A DNA stretch of 64,000 nucleotides from Kiritimatiellia bacterium. Its GTDB lineage: Bacteria; Verrucomicrobiota; Kiritimatiellia; RFP12; UBA1067. The position numbers and the translations under genes are program-made. Positions within the stretch are counted from its first letter, which is position 1. Every line of letters begins with the position of its first letter. The stretch is taken from assembly GCA_017525225.1 (NCBI GenBank), contig JAFXTB010000109.1, forward strand, positions 1,182 to 65,181, in the 5' to 3' direction. This document shows, piece after piece, positions 56,685-64,000 of the stretch. Below the pieces are notes generated by a model. It worked only from the letters and a program-made list of their open reading frames with translations. It was not told where the DNA came from and made no database searches.

Positions 56685-58663
56685 CTGAAGCACTTTCTGA
56701 AGGAGCCCGGCCCGAGGGCGATGGGTTGCGCGCCGGGGAGAACGAGTCTGCACTTCGTTCCCTGCGGTACGTCCACATGCACCTCGATTCCACCCTTCTC
56801 ACCTCTGTTCCAGCTCGCGACGATCTCGCCGTGCGGCGTGGGCACCACGCCGGACGCCCAGCCGATGCGCGATGTCGCCGGGATGCGGAACGTGAAGACG
56901 GCGAATCCAGGCTCCGCAGGCTCGATGCCGAGCAGGTAGTTGGTGAAGAGGCCGGCGATGGCCGTATCGGGATGTGCCTCGTCTCCCCAGCTTCTGCGGA
57001 CGAGGTTCATGCACTCGCTCGTAAGACGCATGCCCTTCCAGTCCGGATCCAGCACAGCCCGCCATCCATGGGCGTCGATCATAGCCAGCGCGGCGTCGGG
57101 CGCGCCATATTCGAACTTGCCGCGCGCTGCGAGCGCCTGGAACTTGCCGTGGCGGATGCGCACGAGATGCGGCATGATGCGTTCCGCCTCGTCGCGCGTG
57201 ACAAACCGCGTGGCAAGCGCAAGCGCGCACGCCTCGAAGCCGAGTTTGCCATCCTCCACCGAGAGCTGGAAGAAGCCCTCCTTGGAGTTCCAGAAGGCGG
57301 CGCGCACCGATTCCGCGAGTTGCGCGGCAGAGGCCGTCCAGCGCGCCGCATCGACGGATTCTCCCAGTTCACGGGCCATCCGTGCCGCATCGGAGAAAGT
57401 CTTCCAGAGCAGGATGTTCATGAATGCGCGATGGTGCAGCGATGTGCCGCCGAACACCAGCCCGGCCGCATGCTTGCACGTCTCCTTCCGCTGCTCGAAG
57501 ATGCCGGTCTTCGGGTTCTGGTAGCGCGCGAGGTAGGCCATCAGGCCCTGTACCACGGGATAGACCTTCCTCAGAAGCGCCATGTCGGCCGTGTAGAAAT
57601 ACGTGTCCCACGCGACAGGCACGAACCAGGCGGCGAATTCATCGGAACCGAACGGTCCCCACTCGCCCGCCTTCGGAACGGCCTGGTCGGGCCAGGGCGA
57701 CGCCTGCACGTACCCTTCGGGCGTATGGTTCGCCGCAAGCATCTCCACGGACCCCTTCATGTAGGGGGCTTCTGGCTTGAATCCGACGAAGCAACTGCGC
57801 TGCGCCCACCAGAGGTCGCCACTCCACACGAGCCGGTCGCGTTTTGCGCCGTCCGCAATGTAGGGCAGCGTGCGCACTGGTTTCGGCCCCCAGATGGAAT
57901 CGTAGGATGGTATGGCGGAGAGTTCGCATGTCCGCACGCTCGCCTCCCATATTGCGGCAAGCTGGCGATCCGAGCAGTCGAATGTGCCCGCGCGTTCGCC
58001 AACAGAATGCACGCGGTCGTTCGCGAACGTGAAGGACGCGAGCGAGACGGGCTTCGACGCGCCGTCGAGGCGCAGGCGCACATAGCGCACCAGCCCCTGC
58101 AGGAGCGGGGCGCGATAGACGGCGTTAGAGACAAGCTGGTAGCTCTCGTAGCGGTCGATGTTCGCCGGGAGGATCGGCAGGTCGATGTCCGGCCCGAGAT
58201 AGCGCGCGGCCGTCTCGCGCCAGAAGTCGCCCTTTGGACCAAGACCGTCAGGATGGCAAGCGTAGGAGATGCGCAGCGTGGCAGCTGGATCGCCCGACGT
58301 CACGCGGAATACGGGATACCCGCCAACGCCGGCGCCGCCGTAGTCGAGCTTCACATCCGCTCCTGGACTGAGCGTGAGAGCGGGCAGTTCGGTTACGACG
58401 AGCCTCCAGTCCGACGTGTCGGGCTTGGCCGGCAGTTCGAGATTCCCGCGGTCGTCGGAGACCAGCACGAAAGGCTCGTCCCGCCATTCGCCAGTGCGGA
58501 GATTGTGCCAGCGGGCGGAGTGGAAGCGATCAGGTACCGTCGCGTGGACGGTTCCCGCGGGCCGGTTCGTGCCATAGAAGGTGAACTCAAGCGGACCGGT
58601 ACCGGCGAAAGCGACCGAGGCAAGCGCAGCCGCCGCCGAAAACGCTATCATGTTCTTTGTCAT
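56681..58663 (-). CDS. GH78 alpha-L-rhamnosidase-like six-hairpin glycoside hydrolase
   Basis: Signal 'MTKNMIAFSAAAALASVAFA'. 'DGAKRDRLVWSGDLWW' matches the GH78 catalytic-domain motif (DGPKRDRxxWxGD). Confidence 0.65.
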   Translation of the reverse strand: MTKNMIAFSAAAALASVAFAGTGPLEFTFYGTNRPAGTVHATVPDRFHSARWHNLRTGEWRDEPFVLVSDDRGNLELPAKPDTSDWRLVVTELPALTLSPGADVKLDYGGAGVGGYPVFRVTSGDPAATLRISYACHPDGLGPKGDFWRETAARYLGPDIDLPILPANIDRYESYQLVSNAVYRAPLLQGLVRYVRLRLDGASKPVSLASFTFANDRVHSVGERAGTFDCSDRQLAAIWEASVRTCELSAIPSYDSIWGPKPVRTLPYIADGAKRDRLVWSGDLWWAQRSCFVGFKPEAPYMKGSVEMLAANHTPEGYVQASPWPDQAVPKAGEWGPFGSDEFAAWFVPVAWDTYFYTADMALLRKVYPVVQGLMAYLARYQNPKTGIFEQRKETCKHAAGLVFGGTSLHHRAFMNILLWKTFSDAARMARELGESVDAARWTASAAQLAESVRAAFWNSKEGFFQLSVEDGKLGFEACALALATRFVTRDEAERIMPHLVRIRHGKFQALAARGKFEYGAPDAALAMIDAHGWRAVLDPDWKGMRLTSECMNLVRRSWGDEAHPDTAIAGLFTNYLLGIEPAEPGFAVFTFRIPATSRIGWASGVVPTPHGEIVASWNRGEKGGIEVHVDVPQGTKCRLVLPGAQPIALGPGSFRKCFR

Positions 58664-59001
58664 TTCTAGCCTCTGATGGAATGGTTGTCTAGGCGCGCAT
58701 TATACCATATTCACGATTCTGCCCGCAAGCACCGCGACCACGGCGGCGAGGTTGGTTCAACCACGGAACACTCGGAAACGCACCCTTGTGCGACACGGAA
58801 ATGGCTGTAGAATGGATGTTTCACGCATTTCAGCCGATGATTGCTCATCCGAAAATATCGGTATATGGAAGATGGACACCTGCCAGCAAGATACCCGGAG
58901 GATTCTTTCGTGCTGGCTTCAGTGTCCCGCGAACGCGGGCCTCAGTGTTTTCCGTGGTTGATGCTTTGCGGAGATGAGCGGGCCCTACCACGCGGATCCA
59001 A

Positions 59002-59946
59002 TCATCCAACCCTTTTGCGGCCAACGGCATAGCCGGCGCGGATGGCGAGGTCGCGATCGTCATCGAAGTCCGCGCCCGGCGTGGTGAGAAGAGGTCCCGC
59101 GATGCCGGCGGACATTCCCACGTAGATGCACTTCGCCGCCGTCTCGTCCGTCATGTCGCGCCGTCCGCCCGCGAAGCGAAGCGGCGTGGATGGATTCACT
59201 AGCCGCAAGATTGCCACCGAATCGACCACGCGTTCCGGATCAAGTACGCCGCGATCTCCGAGCGGCGTTCCTTCGATCGGGTGCAGCACGTTCACGGGAA
59301 TCGAATCTGGTGCGATCTCCCTGAGCGCAAAGGCGAATTCCACCAGCTGCTCGTCCGTCTCGCCCATGCCGATGATGCCGCCGCAGCAGATCTGGAAGCC
59401 GAGCTTCTTTGCGGCATGGAGGGTCGCCAGCTTGTCCGCCGCCGTGTGCGTGGTGCAGAGCGACGGGAAGAGCGAGGGCGCGGTTTCAAGGTTGCAGTGG
59501 ACACGCTGGAGTCCCGCCGCTTTGAGTTTCTTTAGATCCTCTTCGGAGAGAAGCCCCAACGAGGCGCAAAGGCCGATATCCGGCACTGCCGCGCGCATCG
59601 CTTTGAGCGCAATGCAGACGTTATCTACATCCTCGTGCGAGAGGCAACGTCCTGACGTGACGATGCCGATCCGGTCCGCGCCGTTCGCCGCCGCCTCATT
59701 TGCCGCCTTGACGCAGGCGTCGGTACCCACCCAGCCGTAGGTTTCGCATCCCGTCTTCCAGTGGGCGGACTGCGCGCACCATTTGCAGTTCTCGCTGCAG
59801 CGTCCAGAGCGCGCATTGATGATCGAGCAGAAGTCAAAGCGCTTCTCCACGCATCGCGCCGTCGTCTCGTGCGCCCGCTCGCGCAGCTCTTGCCGCCTCT
59901 CCGGCTTCAGCAGCGCCAACACCTCGCCTCTATCGATGTTTTCCAT
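59002..59946 (-). CDS. bioB: Biotin synthase (radical SAM)
   Basis: 'CSIINARSGRCSENCKWCAQSAHW' is the CxxxCxxC radical SAM motif. 'HCNLETAPSLF' and 'QICCGGIIGMGET' are BioB [2Fe-2S] region motifs. Confidence 0.8.
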   Translation of the reverse strand: MENIDRGEVLALLKPERRQELRERAHETTARCVEKRFDFCSIINARSGRCSENCKWCAQSAHWKTGCETYGWVGTDACVKAANEAAANGADRIGIVTSGRCLSHEDVDNVCIALKAMRAAVPDIGLCASLGLLSEEDLKKLKAAGLQRVHCNLETAPSLFPSLCTTHTAADKLATLHAAKKLGFQICCGGIIGMGETDEQLVEFAFALREIAPDSIPVNVLHPIEGTPLGDRGVLDPERVVDSVAILRLVNPSTPLRFAGGRRDMTDETAAKCIYVGMSAGIAGPLLTTPGADFDDDRDLAIRAGYAVGRKRVG

Positions 59947-60802
59947 TCAAAGCCTCGTTCATGCTGCCAGTGCGGTATCCCTGTAGGTCAAGCGTGACAT
60001 ACGAGAAACCGAATCCCTTGAATGCGGCGGCGATCTCTGCCGCTCGGGCGGCAAGGCTCGGAATCGCCTCCGGCAGTACCTCGATGCGCGCCATGTCGCC
60101 ATGCGAGCGGACGCGCAGCTGCGTGAGGCCGCGGGAGGGACGCGCCCCGTCACGGCCGAGGTCAAGATCCATAAGCCACTGTTCGGCGCGTTCCACCCGT
60201 TCAAGTCCTGCTGCAGTTATGCGCTCGCCGTACGGAAAGCGCGATGCGAGGCAGGCGAATGAAGGCTTGTCGCTTGTCGGCAGCCCCAGTTCCCGCGACA
60301 GCATGCGGATTTCCGCTTTTGTCAGGCCGACATCGTGCAGCGGGCTCAAAATGCCGAGTTCACGGATTGCGCGGCGGCCAGGACGGTAGTCACCGTCGTC
60401 GTCCATGTTCGACCCTTCAAGCACGGTGGCGAGTCCGTTGTCCTTCGCAAAAGAGAGAAGCCTGCCGAACAGCTCCTTCTTGCAGAGGTAGCATCGGTCA
60501 GGCGGATTCTCCGCGAATCCCGGAATGTCCAGCTCGCAGACATCAATGACTTCGTGGCGGACGCCCTCTGCGCGGCAGAAGGCCGTCGCTTCATCCAGTT
60601 CGCGCTTCGGGAACGTGTGCGAACGGATCGTCGCAGCAACGACATGGTCGCCAAGCTCCTCGTGCGCCACACGCAGGAGGAACGTGGAATCCACACCCGA
60701 CGAGAATGCCACGACTGCGGTTCCAACGCCGCGTATCCGTTCACGGAGCAGCTTCAGCTTTGCGTACGCATCCGAGCGATTGTCTGATTGCCGTAAAGCC
60801 AT
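59930..60802 (-). CDS. LarE-family PP-loop ATP pyrophosphatase (TIGR00268-type sulfur transferase)
   Basis: 'VVAFSSGVDSTFL' is the PP-loop SGGxDS motif. 'PSFACLASRFPYGE' aligns with the LarE sacrificial-Cys region. Its 3' end overlaps the bioB start by 17 nt. Confidence 0.7.
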   Translation of the reverse strand: MALRQSDNRSDAYAKLKLLRERIRGVGTAVVAFSSGVDSTFLLRVAHEELGDHVVAATIRSHTFPKRELDEATAFCRAEGVRHEVIDVCELDIPGFAENPPDRCYLCKKELFGRLLSFAKDNGLATVLEGSNMDDDGDYRPGRRAIRELGILSPLHDVGLTKAEIRMLSRELGLPTSDKPSFACLASRFPYGERITAAGLERVERAEQWLMDLDLGRDGARPSRGLTQLRVRSHGDMARIEVLPEAIPSLAARAAEIAAAFKGFGFSYVTLDLQGYRTGSMNEALNGKHR

Positions 60803-60933
60803 GCCGATATCACGCCGTTTCTCTTTTTAGGTCCTTCGCCATGCCCGATACTATAGCAAATCTACCATACCGGCGCAATGGGAAGGACCATCGGAGAGAA
60901 CGCATGCCATTGCTTCATTGTTTGACGTTGAAG

Positions 60934-61839
60934 CTAGAACTGGTACTGGATCGAGAACACGGCGCCGGAGCCTACACCGAGGTTCTTGGCCGATCCGTGC
61001 CTGTAGAACTTGTCCTTGTCGCCCGTCTCGGCGAAGGCTGCGACAAGCGTGAGCTGTTTCGTCGCGAACCACGCCACATGGCCATCCCAGTAGTCATGGT
61101 TGCGGATGCCGTCGCCGGCATCGACGCCCTGCTTGTACTCCACGCCGATGGCGACGTTCTCCGCCGGCAGCACATCGACATTGCCGAAGCCGACCACGTC
61201 GTAGTCGTTGTGTCCGACGACGCCGTTGACGACTTCATCCGAGAGAAGCAGGCCGGCCGAGAGAAGGATCGGCCAGGGCGTCTGGGTGATCAGCTTTGTA
61301 GCCACAACGTAGGCATCGAAGCCATCGTCATCGAGACCGAGCGCATCGACCGTGCTAGAGTCGGTGTACTTGTATACGCCGCCTACAGCGAGCGCGGGCA
61401 CCCATGACGTATCAAAGGCGTTCTCGTCGAGGAACTTGACCTTTGAGCCGATGTTGTAGGTGTTGATCGACTTGTCGCCGTACTTGTGGGCGTTTATGAA
61501 CCCGTAGCCTGCCGAGAACTCGACGTGGTCTGCGAACGAGAGCGCGGCGGAGCCTGCCCACCAGTTGATGCGGGCGTCGTTTAGATTGACGTACCACGCG
61601 CCAATCTGCGGACGCGACACCACGCCGTTGAGCGCGGAATGCTCCACCTCGTTCGTAGTGTCGCCTCCGCCATCGCCGTCCCACGGCAGACCTGCCGTGT
61701 ATGCGAGCGGGTTGAAGGCGATGCCGCCCGATCCCTGCAGGTTGTTCAGCGGCACGCCTCCGTGGGCGGCGGCGCCGACGATGGCCGCGACCGAGAATGA
61801 GACTACGGTGCGGAGAAACTTTCTGTCGTTGCTGTTCAT
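60934..61839 (-). CDS. Outer-membrane beta-barrel porin-like protein
   Basis: Signal 'MNSNDRKFLRTVVSFSVAAIVGAAAHG'. Alternating amphipathic strands. The C-terminus 'FSIQYQF' ends in an aromatic residue. The ribosome-binding site is AAAGGAA. Confidence 0.5.
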   Translation of the reverse strand: MNSNDRKFLRTVVSFSVAAIVGAAAHGGVPLNNLQGSGGIAFNPLAYTAGLPWDGDGGGDTTNEVEHSALNGVVSRPQIGAWYVNLNDARINWWAGSAALSFADHVEFSAGYGFINAHKYGDKSINTYNIGSKVKFLDENAFDTSWVPALAVGGVYKYTDSSTVDALGLDDDGFDAYVVATKLITQTPWPILLSAGLLLSDEVVNGVVGHNDYDVVGFGNVDVLPAENVAIGVEYKQGVDAGDGIRNHDYWDGHVAWFATKQLTLVAAFAETGDKDKFYRHGSAKNLGVGSGAVFSIQYQF

Positions 61840-61872
61840 TGATGTGTTCCTTTCTTTGTTGGTTTTTGTTAT

Positions 61873-61899
61873 GGTCCGTCCGGGGGGTCCGGACGGACC
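61873..61899 (-). promoter_or_regulatory. Perfect 11-bp-stem palindrome (GGTCCGTCCGG-ggggt-CCGGACGGACC) 34 nt upstream of the porin start codon. It is either a 5'-UTR stem-loop or an operator.
   Basis: Seen directly in the sequence. No U-tract follows on either strand, so it is not a classical terminator. A-rich leader and ribosome-binding site follow. Confidence 0.4.
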
Positions 61900-62354
61900 G
61901 AAGATGAATTCTTCCTTTGCGTGGTCGACGCCGAATATTATCCCATATCCGATGAGCCAAAGGGTAATCGGAAAATAATCTATGTTGTCATAGGAATAAC
62001 CTATCACTAGGGAAGCGTCGCCGACTCGGGTGGGCTTCCCCAAATCCTAAACCATGAATGCATGTCCATCATGCGAAAAACCGATGGCACCACAACCAAC
62101 CACGAAACGAAAAAGAAAGTCGCCAATACTACTTTCTGCGACTCGAACTGAACCTTGGGCGCCCTCGTTCTGATTGGCAGGACATCCACCTCGCGTGTCG
62201 CCGCGAGAAGATGTCCCAAACCTTTCAGGACAATGTATGCCTCGATGTCGGACTCCGTGTACTTCGCCGTCAGCGCGACATGGATTTCGACCTCTTTCTC
62301 ATCTCTCCGCGGAATCCCCCTGACATAGAAATACGAATTCCCTTCGAACCATAT

Positions 62355-63467
62355 TTAGATTCTGTTGTCCCAGTTTTTGAAAACGACCTCCTGCCCATTG
62401 GCGCGAATGGCGGCGAACACTTCGGAGGGCGAACGGCCGTCGGAGAGCGTGAACTGCGCCACGTCCGCAGAACGTTCCTTCCCTAGAACAGCATATCCGC
62501 CCGGCGTGACGCGCGAGCCCGCGCTCATGTTGTCTGCGGCCGTCAGGACGATTCGGTCGCGGAACGCCGGCGCTTCGCGCGTCGAGACGGTCATGCAACA
62601 TTGCGGGAAGACGATGCGGAACGCGAGCATCATCTGCTCCAGGTCGGCGTCGTCCACTTCGCACGGCGGCACGAACCCGCCATCCACGCGGCAGATGCGC
62701 GGGAACGCGAACTGCACCTTCGCCTCGTAGCACTCTTTCATCAAATAAAAGGCGTGCGCCGCAAGGCTTGCAGCCTCCCGGCGCCAAGGACCGAGTCCAA
62801 GCAGAAATGCGCAGCCGAGAATACGGAAGCCCGCCCGCCCTGCGCGCAGCTGCGTGTCGAGCCGCCAGTCGTAGTCCGCCTTCGGTCCGGCCGGGTGCAT
62901 TTCGCGATAGAGGGTTTGGTCGTACGTCTCCTGAAAGCAGGTCAACCCCTCGAAGCCGGCCGCGAAGAGTTCGCGGTAGCCATCTTCCGACTGCGGCGCC
63001 ACCTCCAGCGCAAGATAGGAGAAGATTGTCTTGAGCAGCCGCCCGACCTCGGCGAGATGTGCGACCGTGTTCACCTTGGGATCCTCGCCCGCCACTACAA
63101 GCAACGAATCGATTCCCGTTTTGCGGATGGCCTCGGCCTCGGCGCGGATTTCGTCGAGCGTCAGGTTGCGCCGCACCGTCCCCGTGTGCTGGCGGCGAAA
63201 GTCGCAGTAACGGCAGGAGTTGATGCAGGTGTTCCCGATGTAGAGCGGGGCGTAGACGCTTACGGTCTTGCCGTAGTAACGGCGGCGGACGACCTGCGCG
63301 AGGCGGCGCATCTCCGGCACAAACGGACGCGCCGCCCCGCTTAGCAGATTCAGCAGGTCGAACCAGTCGTGCCGCTCCTTGGCGATCGATGCCTCCACCA
63401 TCTCCGGCGCGACGCCAGAGATGTAGCCGTCAACGTCGGCTTCGGAATATTTGAGATGCGGGAACAT
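62355..63467 (-). CDS. thiH: 2-iminoacetate synthase (tyrosine lyase, radical SAM)
   Basis: 'YIGNTCINSCRYCDF' is the CxxxCxxC motif. The ThiH/HydG-family length and the thiG neighbour support the call. Confidence 0.8.
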   Translation of the reverse strand: MFPHLKYSEADVDGYISGVAPEMVEASIAKERHDWFDLLNLLSGAARPFVPEMRRLAQVVRRRYYGKTVSVYAPLYIGNTCINSCRYCDFRRQHTGTVRRNLTLDEIRAEAEAIRKTGIDSLLVVAGEDPKVNTVAHLAEVGRLLKTIFSYLALEVAPQSEDGYRELFAAGFEGLTCFQETYDQTLYREMHPAGPKADYDWRLDTQLRAGRAGFRILGCAFLLGLGPWRREAASLAAHAFYLMKECYEAKVQFAFPRICRVDGGFVPPCEVDDADLEQMMLAFRIVFPQCCMTVSTREAPAFRDRIVLTAADNMSAGSRVTPGGYAVLGKERSADVAQFTLSDGRSPSEVFAAIRANGQEVVFKNWDNRI

Positions 63468-63513
63468 GGTACATTAGCACTATCACATTTTATGAAATAC
63501 GATAGTGTGCATT

Positions 63514-64000
63514 TTACTTGAATATGTCCATTGGGCTGGTGGCGTTGGCGGTCGTGGATGTACGCGGCGGCTTGGCCTCGAGCGCCAGCTCCGCCGCGCG
63601 GACGGCGAGCTTGAACGCCTCCGCCATCTTCACCGGATCGCCTGCCGCCGCAACGGCGGTGTTGGCGAGAACGGCATCCGCGCCAAGCTCTATCGCCTCC
63701 GCCGCGTGGGACGGCAAACCTATCCCTGCATCGACCACCACCGGCACATGGCTCTGCTCGACGATGATCTCGATCATGTCGCGCGTGCGGATCCCGCGAT
63801 TCGAGCCGATGGGCGAGCCAAGCGGCATCACCGCCGCCGCGCCCGCGTCCTCGCAATGCCGCGCAAGGACGGGATCGGCGTTGATGTAGGGCAGTACGAC
63901 CATGCCGAGCTTCGCGCATGCGCGCACCGCCTCCAGCGTCTCTACGGGATCCGGCAGAAGGTAGCGCGCGTCGGGATGGACCTCGATCTTGATCCAGTTG
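63514..64000 (-). CDS. thiG: Thiazole synthase, C-terminal ~160 aa (the gene continues past the window end)
   Basis: '[36 protein letters not shown]' matches the ThiG core. The reading frame is open at position 64000. Confidence 0.85.
   Translation of the reverse strand, partial: NWIKIEVHPDARYLLPDPVETLEAVRACAKLGMVVLPYINADPVLARHCEDAGAAAVMPLGSPIGSNRGIRTRDMIEIIVEQSHVPVVVDAGIGLPSHAAEAIELGADAVLANTAVAAAGDPVKMAEAFKLAVRAAELALEAKPPRTSTTANATSPMDIFK

Noticed and set aside
56633-58669. 678-aa plus-strand ORF antisense to the GH78 gene. Similar antisense ORFs occur at 34634-35791, 45850-47070, 52206-54140 and 32514-33767.
   Set aside because: All lie opposite genes with diagnostic motifs and have an Arg/Gly/His-rich composition. 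They were judged GC-content artefacts.
62007-62330. ThiS-like small ORF downstream of thiH
   Set aside because: The frame has no canonical start codon and does not end in Gly-Gly. No ThiS-like beta-grasp motifs.

Overview
This is a 64 kb high-GC chromosomal segment, about 62-65% GC. It most likely comes from a PVC-superphylum bacterium (Verrucomicrobia, Lentisphaerae or Kiritimatiellae-like). The evidence is Tat signals, many secreted glycoside hydrolases, a protein with autotransporter-associated beta-strand repeats, and a protein with discoidin, propeller and CxxCH domains. Coding density is high. Housekeeping genes (murG, rplU-rpmA, ilvA, an aconitase-family hydratase, metY, queF, miaB, rph, bioB, thiH, thiG, and a tRNA-Arg(CCT)) are interleaved with accessory loci. 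The accessory loci include three secreted metallophosphoesterases, one of them fused to a PTP-like phosphatase. There is a glycan-degradation locus with GH2-like and GH20-like proteins, a giant LamG/beta-helix surface protein and a divergently transcribed AraC regulator. There is a GH78 rhamnosidase pair. A sugar-acid-like cluster contains an SDR fragment that looks like a pseudogene. Two low-GC islets are present: at 25.8-26.8 kb, a start-less ORF encoding a coiled-coil plus zinc-ribbon protein; and at 51.1-52.2 kb, after the tRNA-Arg gene, a lipoprotein. The most unusual items follow. The window starts inside a gene encoding a degenerate PKS-type dehydratase fused to a phosphopantetheinyl transferase. 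A recurring extended -10 motif TGGTAGAAT lies 7-9 nt upstream of several start codons, which implies leaderless mRNAs. A repetitive membrane protein is paired with an NYN zinc-ribbon protein. A LarE-like sulfur transferase gene overlaps bioB. RNA-modification genes (a U32-family gene, queF, miaB, an rlmD-like gene) are tightly packed together. No CRISPR array, integrase or transposase was seen. Many long antisense ORFs in the six-frame track are GC-driven artefacts. All calls rest on motif-level reading without database searches.
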